A DNA stretch of 64,000 nucleotides from Ignavibacteriales bacterium (GTDB lineage: Bacteria; Bacillota; Clostridia; Acetivibrionales; UBA4821): the NCBI GenBank assembly GCA_050260055.1, contig JBLNBO010000003.1:38629-102628 (forward strand), in the 5' to 3' direction. Shown piece after piece: positions 1 to 11,560 of this stretch. The position numbers and the translations under genes are program-made. Position 1 is the first letter of the stretch. Each line of letters begins with the position of its first letter. The notes under the pieces were generated by a model. It was not told the origin of the DNA and did no database searches. It was given only the letters and a program-made list of their open reading frames with translations.

Positions 1-665
1 TTCCTCGGCTCTTAGCAGCTAATTGACCACAATGCTTTCGCACCATGCATTTTTGGCCTCACAGGGGTGGCGATCGATCTAGCGCTAACAAATTGCGCGC
101 TGTTTGCCCTCAAGGCGATTTTTTGCTGCATCCGTAATCCGCAGGAAGCCAATATTCAGTAATCCGGGATTGGCACGAATCGGAATCTTCGCATTTGTCT
201 CCTCTCCCTTTATTTTTTTTAACGTCCTCGCAGCGTTGCTTTCTTCTACCGCCTAGCTTTTGCAAAAGATCGTGCTAAAGCGCATGCAAGCTTGCTGCTT
301 TTTTTATTTGCCCAACCTAAGAACCTGGTTGGGGCAAACACCACATACTTTGCGGCAATATGTTCGGCCCCCTTCGAATTTTTTCCGGCTTGTGTCCCCC
401 AAAAAACGGGAGCAATTCAGGCTTTATAAAATATTTTTTTCGGGGAAGGCATCTTCGCTAAGTATCAGGTATTCTTATTTTCCTCATCGGCACACGTCCT
501 TTCCGGTACATTCGCCGGCGGCATCCAGGGCTATAAGATTAAAATAATCGATAAGTTGGTTTTGCGGCCAACAATCATATAGCTTTCCTCCTTTCAACGT
601 CTGTTTCTTGAATAACTCAATCAACCCACCTTTCCTTTTATTTTTTTTTAGCATTACTGCCTTTC

Positions 666-694
666 ATTTTACCAATAATGGTATCTTCTGTCAA
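666..694 (-). promoter_or_regulatory. sigma-A type promoter (TTGACA-17 nt-TAAAAT) reading toward the window start
   Basis: On the minus strand TTGACA lies at 694-689 and TAAAAT at 671-666, with a 17-nt spacer. AAAGGAGG plus ATG (578) follow about 80 nt downstream. Confidence 0.5.
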
Positions 695-878
695 TATCTT
701 TTATTTCGCTAATGATACTAGGTTTAAAGAATATTATACTTTCTTGTTCTCGCAACTTAGTAATGGGGGTATTATTCTTCAAATTATTAATATGCAAAAA
801 AGTGCCCCCTCAAATATCAGATTGTCTTCTAACATCTGGGGTGCACTTTAAAATTAAATATCCTTTATTATTCTATCT

Positions 879-1343
879 TTATTTAAGTTTTTCTCCACAA
901 GAGCCGCAGAATCCAGCATCAGCAGCCAAATCCGCACTGCATTTCGGACATTTTGGAGCTTCTGCAACAGGCGCTTCTACAACTTCCTGTTTTGCGCCGC
1001 ATTTATTACAGAATTGTACTTCTTTTTCAAGTTCTGCACCACATGCAGAACAAATCTTTACACTTTTTACTTCAAGTATTTTAGCTTTCAATTCTTTGAT
1101 TGTATTAAGACGTTCTGTGATTTCACTAAATGCATCTCTAAAATCCTCAAGTGAAATTTCGGTTCCTGCAATTGAACTGTCATATACTTTCTTGCCGATT
1201 TGTAGGTAAACCTTTTCGATTTTATCTTCTTCAGAACCAATGGACATATTAATTTTTGTGATTTCAACCATTTCTCCTGATTTTTTTGCAGCTGTTTGAG
1301 CAGCACCGCTAATTGTTTTTCCCAAATTTTCTAAGAACGACAT
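879..1343 (-). CDS. double zinc-ribbon domain protein
   Basis: 154-aa ORF with a helical N-terminal part, then CSACG..CNKCG and CPKCS..CGSCG Cys pairs. An RBS-like GGAGGTAGGG precedes the ATG. Confidence 0.7.
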   Translation of the reverse strand: MSFLENLGKTISGAAQTAAKKSGEMVEITKINMSIGSEEDKIEKVYLQIGKKVYDSSIAGTEISLEDFRDAFSEITERLNTIKELKAKILEVKSVKICSACGAELEKEVQFCNKCGAKQEVVEAPVAEAPKCPKCSADLAADAGFCGSCGEKLK

Positions 1344-1372
1344 TTCCCTACCTCCTGAAATTTTAATATTAA

Positions 1373-1813
1373 TTATTGTTGTATTCCATTTCCATTCAAT
1401 GAATGTCTTTTAAATACAAGATATCCTAAATAGCCAAAGATTAAACCCGCAATAAGAGAGCCAAAGTAAGCACTCAAGTATCTTAAGTGCATAATTATTT
1501 CCAATAGCTGAAGACCTGCATAAACAAAGAAACCAATATAAAGAACCTGTTCATGCCTATTTGCGTAAGCAAGCAGTAATCCTAATATAAAACACCAATA
1601 CGCTAAACTTGATACCAAGGAACCTAAACTAATGAAAGCCGATACTACTAACAGACCTACTCCTCCAAAAACCAACGCCATGTCAATAGGTAAAACGATT
1701 TTGAAAAAAGGATGATTGCTGAAAAATGCTTTTAATTCAGCGCTAATATTTTCGTATGTATTCAAAATAACCGCTCCCTTCAATGAATTATTTGCAAAAT
1801 AATAATATAACAA
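1373..1813 (-). CDS. small integral membrane protein (about 4 TM), unknown function
   Basis: 146-aa ORF with four long hydrophobic segments. No recognisable catalytic motif. Confidence 0.55.
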   Translation of the reverse strand: MLYYYFANNSLKGAVILNTYENISAELKAFFSNHPFFKIVLPIDMALVFGGVGLLVVSAFISLGSLVSSLAYWCFILGLLLAYANRHEQVLYIGFFVYAGLQLLEIIMHLRYLSAYFGSLIAGLIFGYLGYLVFKRHSLNGNGIQQ

Positions 1814-2015
1814 TTTTTTTACTCTGTAAATAACCTACAATATAAACAAAATATTTACAAAATTAATTTATTAATATCATTTAGTTTTTATTCTCTTTCC
1901 TAGCAACCTTTTATATTTTATAAAACTCTAATAGTAGCTTGAATAACTAGCTCGGCTTTGATAAACTGTTAATAAATAGTAATATTATATAATTCTAATA
2001 TTTGGAGGAATATTA

Positions 2016-2261
2016 ATGGAAAAAAGCATTTTTGAAAAAAATAATAAAATTATTATTGATGATAAGGAATATGCTATTGAAAAGGACACCCTTACCGGTT
2101 CTGAACTTAGGAGTATGGCTAATCTGGATTCTTCAGCCGAACTATGGCAATCAATACCTGGTGCAAGTAATGATAAATTCATAGAATCCTTTGATATTTT
2201 AAAAATTAAAGATGATATGAAATTTATTTCACTAAAGAAAACTATTGGACCTGCTAAATAA
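2016..2261 (+). CDS. small beta-grasp-like protein resembling the prokaryotic multiubiquitin domain
   Basis: 81-aa ORF with GGAGG 7 nt upstream and a hairpin+T-run terminator at about 2268-2297. The pattern IIIDDKEY..LTGSELRSMANL..LWQSIPG..DKFIE..ILKIKDDMKF matches my memory of the multiubiquitin family profile; this is not verified. Confidence 0.4.
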   Translation: MEKSIFEKNNKIIIDDKEYAIEKDTLTGSELRSMANLDSSAELWQSIPGASNDKFIESFDILKIKDDMKFISLKKTIGPAK

Positions 2262-2296
2262 TATAGAGAAAGCACCTGCTTCTAATCGGTGCTTTT

Positions 2297-2497
2297 TTAA
2301 ATATTGCCTTCTGAAGTTTTAATAACCTTTTTGATTCTCTTTTCAAAGTCAGGTCTTGGCAGCATAACTTGATGATTGCATTTTAAGCATTTTATCCTAA
2401 AATCCATACCGGTTCGCATTATTTCCCACTGTAAACCTCCGCATGGATGCGGTTTTTTCATTTCTACAATATCCCCTACAAACAGCTTCATTGGCAT
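2297..2497 (-). CDS. DUF951 family protein
   Basis: 66 aa. The pattern [25 protein letters not shown] is typical of DUF951. Confidence 0.8.
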   Translation of the reverse strand: MPMKLFVGDIVEMKKPHPCGGLQWEIMRTGMDFRIKCLKCNHQVMLPRPDFEKRIKKVIKTSEGNI

Positions 2498-2571
2498 TAT
2501 GCCAGCCTCCTTTGAAACAATTGAAAATTAATAAATATCCGCCTGCATAGCAGACGGATATTTGATGTTTT

Positions 2572-5031
2572 TTATTGTTCAACCCTTGTTAGTATGGTTT
2601 CCTGCTTTATTTCCGGAGTTACTATTGTTGCTGCAACTTCCTGCTTTGCCTCTCTCTGCATAACTGCTTCCTTGCTATTATGAGAAATATTTTTATGAAT
2701 ATGTTTTGCAAGAGCCGTCCTAATAACCGTATCTATTGAAGAAGCATAAACAAACTTCATTTGAGTTCTTACCGTTTCAGGAATCTCCTCAACATCCTTC
2801 TTGTTTTCCTCAGGAATAATTACAGTCTTAATACCTGCCCTATGAGCAGCAATAACCTTTTCTTTCAGTCCTCCTATCGGAAGCACCCTTCCTCTTAATG
2901 TAATTTCACCTGTCATTGCAACATCCTTGCGTATAGGTATTCCGGTAAGAGCAGATATTATTGCTGTACATATAGTTATGCCTGCAGATGGGCCATCTTT
3001 CGGTATAGCCCCTTCCGGAACATGTATATGAATATCCAATTTATTATGGAAATCCTTATCTATTCCAAGGTCTTCTGCTTTAGACCTGATATAGCTCATT
3101 CCGGCTCTAGCCGACTCTTTCATTACATCGCCAAGATGTCCTGTTAACTCAAGCTTTCCATTGCCGCTCATTAGAGTAACTTCTATATACAGAACTTCTC
3201 CTCCTACAGGAGTCCAAGCCATACCTGTTGCAATACCGACTTCGTCCTTTTCATTTGCTTTATCGTATCTGTATTTAGGAATACCAAGGAAGTTATCTAG
3301 AGTTCTCTCAGTAATCTTAACTGTTTTCTTCTCTTCTGAAAGAAGTTTCTTTGCTGCACGTCTGCATATTGTAGCAATTTCTCTTTCCAGATTTCTGACA
3401 CCAGATTCTCTGGTATAACAATTTATTATCTGTTTTACCGCTTCTTCTGTTATTACAACCTGTTTTGCTGTTAGGCCATGTTTCTCAAGCTGTTTTGGAA
3501 TTAAATACTTTGTACAGATATTAACCTTTTCAACCTCTGTATAGCTTGAGAGGCTGATTATTTCCATTCTGTCAAGAAGAGGCCTTGGTATTGTATCAAG
3601 ATTGTTTGCTGTTGTCAGGAAAAGAACATCTGACAAATCAAATGGGATTTCAAGATAATGGTCTCTAAAGGAATTATTCTGTTCTCCGTCAAGAACTTCC
3701 AGCATGGCAGAGGCAGGATCTCCTCTAAAATCACTATTCATTTTATCAATTTCATCAAGCAGAATCAGTGGGTTTTTAGAACCACCTTGCTTCATTGCCG
3801 TAATTATTCTGCCAGGCATAGCGCCAACGTAGGTGCGTCTGTGTCCTCTGATTTCAGCTTCATCTTTAACACCGCCAAGAGACATTCTTACATAATTTCT
3901 ATTCAATGCCCTTGCAATTGATTTAGCAATTGATGTCTTTCCAACTCCCGGAGGTCCATATAAACAAAGGATAGGTCCTTTTAACTCATTTTTAAGTTTC
4001 CTCACAGCTATGTATTCAATTATTCTTTCTTTAACCTTTTCCATTCCATAATGGTCTTCATCTAAAATATCCTGAGCTCTTTTCAGATCAATTATTTCGT
4101 CTGTTGTTTTATTCCAAGGCAAATCAATAATCCAATCAAGATAAGTTCTTATTACCGAACCTTCAGCAGAACCCTGCTGCATTTTAGCAAGCCTGTCCAA
4201 TTCCTTAACAAATTTCTTTTCAGCCTCTTCAGGAAGATTTGCAGCCTCCATCTTCTGCTTGTATTCTTCTATTTCTCCATTTACTCCGTCTTTGTCCCCA
4301 AGCTCTGTCTGGATTGCTTTCATCTGTTCGCGTAAATAGTATTCCTTCTGCATCTTATCAATTGATTTTTTAACTCTGGAATTAATATTCTTTTCTATTT
4401 CAAGTATTTCCATTTCCTGCAAAAGCATCTCGAGCATGCACTCAAGTCTTCTTCTCGGATGGAATTCGTTTAATATTTCCTGTTTTTGTTCAGCTTTAAG
4501 CATTACACTGGCAGCAATACCATCTGCAAGCTTGCCTGGTTCATCTACTGACATAATGCCCAGCATTGTTTCGGGAGAGACTTTGTTGCTTAGTTTTGCA
4601 TATTCTTCAAAGGTTGTCAAAACCCTTCTCATCAATGCTTCAGTTTCAACCTGATGTGCGTTGTCATCAACGTAGATTTTTTCTACAGTTTCAGCAATAA
4701 AGAATGGTTCTTCTTGAAGTATTTCAGAAATTTCAGCTCTGCTTATCCCTTCCACCAGAACTCTTATTGTATCTCCTGGAAGCTTAAGAAGTTGTTTCAC
4801 TCTTGAGATTGTCCCAACACTAAATACATCTTCCGCACCAGGCGAATCTGTTCTTGCATCTTTTTGCGTAACCAGGAATATAAGCTGGTTGCTAACCATT
4901 GCTTCTTCAAGAGCCTTTATTGATTTCATTCTACCTACATCAAAATGTAAAATCATATCAGGAAAAACTGTAAGACCTCTTAACGGCAGAAGCGGTATTA
5001 TCTGCCTCTTAATTATTTTTTTCTCCCCCAT
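2572..5031 (-). CDS. lon: ATP-dependent Lon protease (LonA)
   Basis: 819 aa with a Lon N-domain, Walker [10 protein letters not shown] and a C-terminal protease domain containing PKDGPSAG with the catalytic Ser. Confidence 0.97.
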   Translation of the reverse strand: MGEKKIIKRQIIPLLPLRGLTVFPDMILHFDVGRMKSIKALEEAMVSNQLIFLVTQKDARTDSPGAEDVFSVGTISRVKQLLKLPGDTIRVLVEGISRAEISEILQEEPFFIAETVEKIYVDDNAHQVETEALMRRVLTTFEEYAKLSNKVSPETMLGIMSVDEPGKLADGIAASVMLKAEQKQEILNEFHPRRRLECMLEMLLQEMEILEIEKNINSRVKKSIDKMQKEYYLREQMKAIQTELGDKDGVNGEIEEYKQKMEAANLPEEAEKKFVKELDRLAKMQQGSAEGSVIRTYLDWIIDLPWNKTTDEIIDLKRAQDILDEDHYGMEKVKERIIEYIAVRKLKNELKGPILCLYGPPGVGKTSIAKSIARALNRNYVRMSLGGVKDEAEIRGHRRTYVGAMPGRIITAMKQGGSKNPLILLDEIDKMNSDFRGDPASAMLEVLDGEQNNSFRDHYLEIPFDLSDVLFLTTANNLDTIPRPLLDRMEIISLSSYTEVEKVNICTKYLIPKQLEKHGLTAKQVVITEEAVKQIINCYTRESGVRNLEREIATICRRAAKKLLSEEKKTVKITERTLDNFLGIPKYRYDKANEKDEVGIATGMAWTPVGGEVLYIEVTLMSGNGKLELTGHLGDVMKESARAGMSYIRSKAEDLGIDKDFHNKLDIHIHVPEGAIPKDGPSAGITICTAIISALTGIPIRKDVAMTGEITLRGRVLPIGGLKEKVIAAHRAGIKTVIIPEENKKDVEEIPETVRTQMKFVYASSIDTVIRTALAKHIHKNISHNSKEAVMQREAKQEVAATIVTPEIKQETILTRVEQ

Positions 5032-5332
5032 TTACTCAGCCCCTTTATACTTTTGTAGTAACTAAACTGCTCTTTTTGAAAAAAAGAATTATACCTCATC
5101 ATTCATTTAAGAAATGAAACATTAATAAAAACTTTTTTCATTTGTAATAGAAATGTGAAAATATTGACCGTCTTTTGTGTGAAAAAGATAATATCTAGGT
5201 TTAGTCATTATTAATTATATATTAAATATTCATAAATGAAAAGACCTGGCAAAAAAAAGAAAATCAAGGAATTCCATTAAATGAAGCATTAGGAAGCAAT
5301 TCCTGATGCTTCATTTAGATTTCTTCATTTTG

Positions 5333-7009
5333 TTATATTCCTTGTGCAGTTAAGACTTCGTTTGAAGGATTCTGACTTATTATATTTTTATTGACAGGTG
5401 CATGTCTGCCGAAAACCAGAGTTATAACCTGAAAAATATCATCTACAGGGATTATTTCTATAGGAAAATCTTCAAAGCTTTCCTGCCAGTTGTCTTTGGG
5501 AATTATTATCCTCTCGACCCCTGCTTCTTTTGCTGCCTGTATCTTGGCAGGAACACCCCCAACCGGCTTGACCCTTCCCTGAATTGATATTTCTCCCGTA
5601 AGTGCAATTGTATTTTCTACTGGAATATTTACTGCAGATGAATAAACTGCAGCAGCAATCGCTATTCCTGCAGAAGGGCCATCAATCGGAATTCCCCCTG
5701 GAAAGTTTATGTGTATATCATAATTCTTGCAGTCGATGCCAAGATGTTTTTTCATAACTGTTAAAACATTTTCTATGGATGCTTTTATACAGCTTGTCTT
5801 TTCCAGCCTTCTTCCCTTATTATCAACCTCCTCCTTTTCTATCACTCCGGTAACAACTAACGTCCCCTTTTTGTTAGCAGCAGGCATTACACTGGTTTCA
5901 ATTTCAACAATCATACCTATCTTGGAACCATACACTGCAAGGCCGTTAACATAACCAATCTGCTTTCCCGAACCAACCTTTTTATCAATTCTAAGATTGT
6001 AATTTCCAGTCTCAACAACCCATTCAACATCCTTTGCAGTTATAGTGGTTCTTCCTTCAACCAGCGAAATACTTCCCGCTATCTGAATAATATTTACCGC
6101 ATCTCTTCCATTTGATGCATATTTAGCTACAATTTCGTCGACACCTTCATCTAGGATAAATCCACCTTTTACGCCCGCGTTTGCAGCTATTCTTGCTATT
6201 TCAGTGGAAAACAGCGGCCTGAAATAAATCTCTACACATCTAGAACGAAGTGCTGGTGGTATTTCGTCTGCTGAACAGGTTGTTGCTCCAACAAGCCTAA
6301 AATCAGCCGGAAGCCCATTCTGAAATATTTCATGAATATGAATCGGAATATTAGTATCCTCTGAACTGTAATAAGCACTTTCGAGAAATACTTTCCTGTC
6401 CTCAAGAACTTTTAAAAGCTTATTTATTTGAAGAGAATGAAGCTCTCCAATTTCATCTAAGAAAAGGATTCCTCCATGTGCTTTTGTAACTGCTCCCTGT
6501 TTAGGCTGAGGTATCCCTGCCGCTCCGTAAGCGCCTGCACCTTGATAAATAGGGTCATGGACTGAACCGATAAGTGGATCTGCAATTCCCCTTTCGTCAA
6601 AACGCAGGGTTGTTGCATCTATTTCAACAAACTTGGCATCCCTCCGGAAAGGCGACCATTTCGTTGATTTTGCTTCTTCAAGAATAACCCTTGCCGCTGC
6701 TGTTTTTCCAATCCCAGGAGGGCCATAAATTATAACATGCTGTGGATTAGGACTGCAAAGTGCCGCTCTTAATGCTCTTATTCCTTGCTCTTGACCAATT
6801 ATTTCATCAAAGCTTGATGGCCGTGTTTTCTCGGATAAAGGAACAGAAAGCTTTATCTCTCTCAGTCTTCTAATCTTGTCCAGTTCTTTCCGCGATTCTT
6901 TGTCAATTGCAGATTTGTTGCCCTGCTGGTTTTTTAAAAGGTTAAAAAAATACAACCCAATTACTATTGTAAAAAATAATTGAATAAAAAGTAGAATACC
7001 ATTAATCAT
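5333..7009 (-). CDS. lonB: membrane-anchored LonB-type ATP-dependent protease
   Basis: N-terminal TM helix, Walker A GPPGIGKTA and the Lon protease motif IDGPSAG. I chose the start at 7009 (MINGILLF) because GGAGGA lies 6 nt upstream. The track ORF starts at 7033. Confidence 0.9.
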   Translation of the reverse strand: MINGILLFIQLFFTIVIGLYFFNLLKNQQGNKSAIDKESRKELDKIRRLREIKLSVPLSEKTRPSSFDEIIGQEQGIRALRAALCSPNPQHVIIYGPPGIGKTAAARVILEEAKSTKWSPFRRDAKFVEIDATTLRFDERGIADPLIGSVHDPIYQGAGAYGAAGIPQPKQGAVTKAHGGILFLDEIGELHSLQINKLLKVLEDRKVFLESAYYSSEDTNIPIHIHEIFQNGLPADFRLVGATTCSADEIPPALRSRCVEIYFRPLFSTEIARIAANAGVKGGFILDEGVDEIVAKYASNGRDAVNIIQIAGSISLVEGRTTITAKDVEWVVETGNYNLRIDKKVGSGKQIGYVNGLAVYGSKIGMIVEIETSVMPAANKKGTLVVTGVIEKEEVDNKGRRLEKTSCIKASIENVLTVMKKHLGIDCKNYDIHINFPGGIPIDGPSAGIAIAAAVYSSAVNIPVENTIALTGEISIQGRVKPVGGVPAKIQAAKEAGVERIIIPKDNWQESFEDFPIEIIPVDDIFQVITLVFGRHAPVNKNIISQNPSNEVLTAQGI

Positions 7010-7154
7010 TTGTATCCTCCAAAAATATGTCAAGTTTTAAATATTATTGTCTGAATTGTCATTTTTTATCCCATAAAAAAGGCGAACCTTTTGGTTCGCC
7101 TTGATTTCTTGAAATTGTACTATTTTTTTAATCCATCCCGTAAATAGAGAAGGG

Positions 7155-8450
7155 TTAGGATACCGATTCTCTTTTAATTCTGTTTTTCTTCTGAGACGGC
7201 TTTTTTAATGGCTTTTTATTCTCGTTTATAATCAACTCGGGTTTTTCTTTACCTTCTATAGTCTCCTTCTTGATTATACATTTCTCAATGTTATTTATCG
7301 AAGGAATCTCATACATTATTTCCAGAATCGACTCTTCAATTATTGCCCTTAAGCCCCTTGCCCCGGTGCTTCTCTCAAGAGCTTTATCAGCAATATACCC
7401 CACCGCTTCTTCAGTAAATTCAAGCAATACATCATCCATCTCAAACAGCTTTTGGTATTGTCTTGTAAGCGCATTCTTAGGTTCAAGAAGAATCTTTACA
7501 AGTGCCTGCTTATCAAGCTGGTGAAGAGTTACAATAACCGGAAGCCTCCCGACAAATTCAGGTATCATGCCATACTTAAGAAGATCTTGTGGAAGAATAT
7601 TCTCAAGTATTTCTCCCATATCCTTTTCCTTAGGACTTTCGATTTTAGCACCAAATCCCATGGATTTTTTTCCGGTTCTATTCATTATAATCTTATCTAT
7701 TCCGTCAAATGCTCCTCCGCATATAAACAGAATATTTGTAGTATCAATCTGAATAAACTCCTGATGCGGATGTTTTCTTCCCCCTTGCGGCGGAACAGAA
7801 GCAACCGTACCCTCGAGAATTTTCAATAGTGCCTGTTGAACACCTTCTCCGCTTACATCTCTTGTAATCGAAGGATTCTCTGATTTGCGGGCAATCTTAT
7901 CTATTTCATCAATATAAACTATTCCCTTTTCTGCTTTTTCGACATCATAATCTGCAGCCTGAATAAGCTTGAGAAGTATGTTTTCAACATCTTCACCAAC
8001 ATATCCGGCCTCCGTCAAAGAAGTAGCATCAGCAATAGCAAAAGGTACATTAAGAATACGAGCTAAAGTCTGAGCAAGCAGTGTCTTGCCGCTTCCTGTA
8101 GGACCCATCATTATTATATTGCTCTTTTGAAGTTCAACATCACTGCTTTTATCTTCAGAATTAACTCTTTTGTAGTGGTTATATACTGCAACAGCAAGTG
8201 ATTTTTTAGCTCTTTCCTGTCCAATAACGTATTGGTCAAGAATATCTTTGATTTCCTTTGGCTTAGGAATATCATTTAGCTCATCGACTTCTCTTGTTTC
8301 TTCAAATTCCTCTTCTATTATCTCTGAGCATAACTCAATGCACTCATCGCAAATATAAACCCCTGGCCCTGCTACAAGCCTTTTAACCTGTTCCTGGGTC
8401 TTCCCGCAAAATGAACACTTAAGCTGTTTTCTCTCATCAAATCTTGACAT
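7155..8450 (-). CDS. clpX: ATP-dependent Clp protease ATP-binding subunit ClpX
   Basis: N-terminal C4 zinc finger (CSFCG..CDEC), Walker A GPTGSGKT and an IGF-type loop region. A terminator hairpin lies at about 7079-7104. Confidence 0.97.
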   Translation of the reverse strand: MSRFDERKQLKCSFCGKTQEQVKRLVAGPGVYICDECIELCSEIIEEEFEETREVDELNDIPKPKEIKDILDQYVIGQERAKKSLAVAVYNHYKRVNSEDKSSDVELQKSNIIMMGPTGSGKTLLAQTLARILNVPFAIADATSLTEAGYVGEDVENILLKLIQAADYDVEKAEKGIVYIDEIDKIARKSENPSITRDVSGEGVQQALLKILEGTVASVPPQGGRKHPHQEFIQIDTTNILFICGGAFDGIDKIIMNRTGKKSMGFGAKIESPKEKDMGEILENILPQDLLKYGMIPEFVGRLPVIVTLHQLDKQALVKILLEPKNALTRQYQKLFEMDDVLLEFTEEAVGYIADKALERSTGARGLRAIIEESILEIMYEIPSINNIEKCIIKKETIEGKEKPELIINENKKPLKKPSQKKNRIKRESVS

Positions 8451-8491
8451 AAAGTAATTTCACCCCAGTAATACTTATTATAACCACAAAA

Positions 8492-9082
8492 CTATTTTCT
8501 CCTAATCATTATATCATCTATTAATCCATATGTCTTGGCATCTTCAGCCGACATAAAGAAATCCCTGTCTGTGTCTTTTTCAATCTTCTCCAGCGGCTGC
8601 CCGGTTCTTTCGCTGAGAATTTGGTTCAACCTTGCTTTTATTTTCAATATCTGTTCTGCATGAATCTTTATATCAGCAGCCTGCCCTTTTGCTCCCCCCA
8701 TAGGCTGATGAATCATTATCTCACTATTGGGAAGCGCAAATCTTTTGCCTTTTGCTCCTGCTGCAAGAAGGAATGCTCCCATACTGGCAGCCATACCTAT
8801 ACATATTGTGGAAACATCAGGCTTTACATACTGCATGGTATCATAAATTGCCATTCCGGAAGTAACAGATCCCCCCGGGCTGTTTATATATAAATGTATA
8901 TCCTTTTCCGGATCTTCTGCTTCAAGGAAAAGAAGCTGGGCAACAACCAAGCTGGCAGTAACATCGTTTACTTCATCACTGAGAAAAACAACCCTTTCCT
9001 TTAACAGCCTGGAATATATATCATAAGACCTTTCTCCCCTATTGGTCTGCTCAATTACCATAGGTACCAAATTCATCTCCAA
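8492..9082 (-). CDS. clpP: ATP-dependent Clp protease proteolytic subunit ClpP
   Basis: 196 aa. The [10 protein letters not shown] and [10 protein letters not shown](A)AG motifs carry the catalytic Ser, and MIHQP carries the His. TTG start with AGGAGG 8 nt upstream. Confidence 0.96.
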   Translation of the reverse strand: MEMNLVPMVIEQTNRGERSYDIYSRLLKERVVFLSDEVNDVTASLVVAQLLFLEAEDPEKDIHLYINSPGGSVTSGMAIYDTMQYVKPDVSTICIGMAASMGAFLLAAGAKGKRFALPNSEIMIHQPMGGAKGQAADIKIHAEQILKIKARLNQILSERTGQPLEKIEKDTDRDFFMSAEDAKTYGLIDDIMIRRK

Positions 9083-9264
9083 TTAAAACACCTCCTAAGT
9101 TGAAATTACAATTAAAAGTTTAAAATCATTTTTACATATTCAATTCTATCATCAATTGTCAATTTTCATATAATAGCTTATGCTTTTGTATACCCATAAT
9201 TATACAACAATTATGGTATTAATATACACCTTTTAAGTTAAATATAATATTATAATTTTTTTAA

Positions 9265-10554
9265 TTATGATACTACTTTAGCATTTTTCATTAAAAATTC
9301 TATGGTCTTGTCAACCTTAACTTCATCTGTAAGATACTTTATGTCTTCATCTTTCAATTGTTTCTTGAATTCTTCCGGCTGCTGGGAATATGTTTCAGCC
9401 AGCTTTGCAATATGAGCATCTACATCTTCCTGCCCAGGTGCAATCTTTTCTTTATTACCTATTTCTTCAAGCGCAAGCTGGGTTTTAACAGCTTTTTCTG
9501 CCTGGTCCTTAAACATCTGCCTTACCTTGCCCATATCACTGTTGGTATATTTAAGGTAGCTGTTAAGATTTGCTCCCTGCATGCTTAATCTCCAGTCGAA
9601 ATCTCTTACCATATAATCAATTTGTCTCTCAATCATTGCCTGTGGAATTTCAACTTCAGTATTTTCTAAAATTTTATCTATAAGCTGGTTCTCCATATCT
9701 GTTTTTGCTTTATCCTCATTTGTCTTTTCAAACTTTTCTCTGATGCTCTTCTTTAATTCTTTTAATGTGTCAAATTCACTTACATCCTTTGAGAATTCAT
9801 CATCAAGCTCCGGAAGCTCTTTTGCTTTTATACCGTTAAGTTTTACCTTAAAGACAGCTTCTTTACCAGCAAGGTTTGGGGAATGATATTCTTCTGGGAA
9901 TGTAACAGTTATGTCTTTTTCTTCATTTATTTCCATTCCAACAAGTTGTTCTTCAAAGCCTTTAATGAAAGCGCCTGAACCAATTGTAAGTTCATAATTT
10001 GTTCCTTTCCCGCCTTCAAAAGCAACTCCATCAACGAATCCTTCAAAATCAATATTTGAAACATCGCTATCCTGAAGCTTTCTATCTTCAATAGTAATTA
10101 TTCTTGCATTTTTTTCTCTCATTCTATCAAGCTCTTTTTCTATATCTTCTTCAGTAACAACAGTTAATTCTTTCTTTACTTCAATGCCTTTATAACTGCT
10201 GATTTCTACCGGCGGCTTAACCGCAACTTCAGCTGTAAATATCAGGTTCTTATCCGAACCAATTTGCACTATATCTATCTCCGGCCTATCCACTGCCATG
10301 ATATTATTTTCCTCAACTGCTTTATCATATTCTTCTGCAGCAATTATGTTAAATGCATCTTCATATAAAACGCTATCGCCATAGTATTTTTCAACCATGT
10401 TTCTTGGAGCTTTCCCTTTTCTAAAGCCCGGAATGCTAAAATGTTTACTGTTCTTTACAAATGCTTTTTGCATTGCCTGAGCAAACTTTTCAGTTTCAAT
10501 CTCAAATTCCAATTTCACTTTTGCTTTTCCGATTTTCTCGATCTTTACACTCAT
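9265..10554 (-). CDS. tig: trigger factor
   Basis: 429 aa. N-terminal ribosome-binding signature GFRKGKAP, central FKBP-like domain, and conserved position upstream of clpP-clpX. Confidence 0.95.
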   Translation of the reverse strand: MSVKIEKIGKAKVKLEFEIETEKFAQAMQKAFVKNSKHFSIPGFRKGKAPRNMVEKYYGDSVLYEDAFNIIAAEEYDKAVEENNIMAVDRPEIDIVQIGSDKNLIFTAEVAVKPPVEISSYKGIEVKKELTVVTEEDIEKELDRMREKNARIITIEDRKLQDSDVSNIDFEGFVDGVAFEGGKGTNYELTIGSGAFIKGFEEQLVGMEINEEKDITVTFPEEYHSPNLAGKEAVFKVKLNGIKAKELPELDDEFSKDVSEFDTLKELKKSIREKFEKTNEDKAKTDMENQLIDKILENTEVEIPQAMIERQIDYMVRDFDWRLSMQGANLNSYLKYTNSDMGKVRQMFKDQAEKAVKTQLALEEIGNKEKIAPGQEDVDAHIAKLAETYSQQPEEFKKQLKDEDIKYLTDEVKVDKTIEFLMKNAKVVS

Positions 10555-10754
10555 TTCTTAACAAATCCTCCCTGTAATTTACATACGTATAATATTAAAA
10601 TCTATATGACATAAGCCATTATATACAAGGTGTCAACACAAATCAACCATTTAATAATAGTAAACACTAACAGCAAGAGGCTCCTAAAGAAAAAACCCCT
10701 ATTTAATGCGCTTTTGATTATACCGATACAATTATAAAAAGTCAAAGCCAAGTA

Positions 10755-11477
10755 TTATTTTATCTCTTTAACTTTTAAACTGACAGGCAATGCTCCCGAC
10801 TTGATAAGGGCAGCATCATTTCTTGTTGATTCAGCAGTATATTCAGAACCTTCAATAATTGCACTTCCGCCATCGATTTTATCATTAACCATTGGGGAAG
10901 AAAGTTTTTTATCATCAAGATATATGCTTATATAATTCTTGTTTTGCCCTCTCATTTTTGATATTCTTTCAGTTGCATCAGCAAACTTTATTGTTGCTGC
11001 CTCGCTGAACTTTAATACAATAACCCATCCGCCTCTACCGCCGCTAATATATTCACTAGAAGCATCAACTATATCATTTCCTTCAATAATAACATTTCCA
11101 TCAGCATCTTTAAACTGAACTTTAGCTGGTGTTGAAAGTTGTTTTGCAACATCCTGAATATTATCTTTTTTGATGTTTTCAACAACTAACTTTTTATTTT
11201 TATTATCAAATATTACTTTTGCATCAAGCATTCCTAATGCCTGTAATCTTTTTCTTATAACTTCCTTACATATGGATAGTTTATCTTCTCCTGCATTATC
11301 ACTCTCGTATATTATTGACCTATAGGTACTATTATCCTTGCTATCAGTCTTTTCTCTTTTAATCTCTCCTTGTTTTGTTGTATCAGTTTTTCCTATAGTA
11401 GTAGCTTGGCATCCTGAGAAAGTAATAACTAATGCTGTTAAAAGGACTGCCATAATGCTTAATTTTTTCATGCTCAT
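10755..11477 (-). CDS. lipoprotein made of a SecD periplasmic (P1-head)-like domain only
   Basis: Lipobox FSGC. The motifs IRKRLQALG.. and YISIYLDDKKLSSPMVNDKIDGG..I.G..T...........IKSGALPVSLKV resemble the SecD P1 region. No TM bundle is present. Confidence 0.6.
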   Translation of the reverse strand: MSMKKLSIMAVLLTALVITFSGCQATTIGKTDTTKQGEIKREKTDSKDNSTYRSIIYESDNAGEDKLSICKEVIRKRLQALGMLDAKVIFDNKNKKLVVENIKKDNIQDVAKQLSTPAKVQFKDADGNVIIEGNDIVDASSEYISGGRGGWVIVLKFSEAATIKFADATERISKMRGQNKNYISIYLDDKKLSSPMVNDKIDGGSAIIEGSEYTAESTRNDAALIKSGALPVSLKVKEIK

Positions 11478-11560
11478 CCTCTTCGCCTTCCTTTTATAAA
11501 ATATTTTTTATTTTGTCTAAGGTTTTAACTGTCAACTATCAACTGTCAACTTTACACTTG

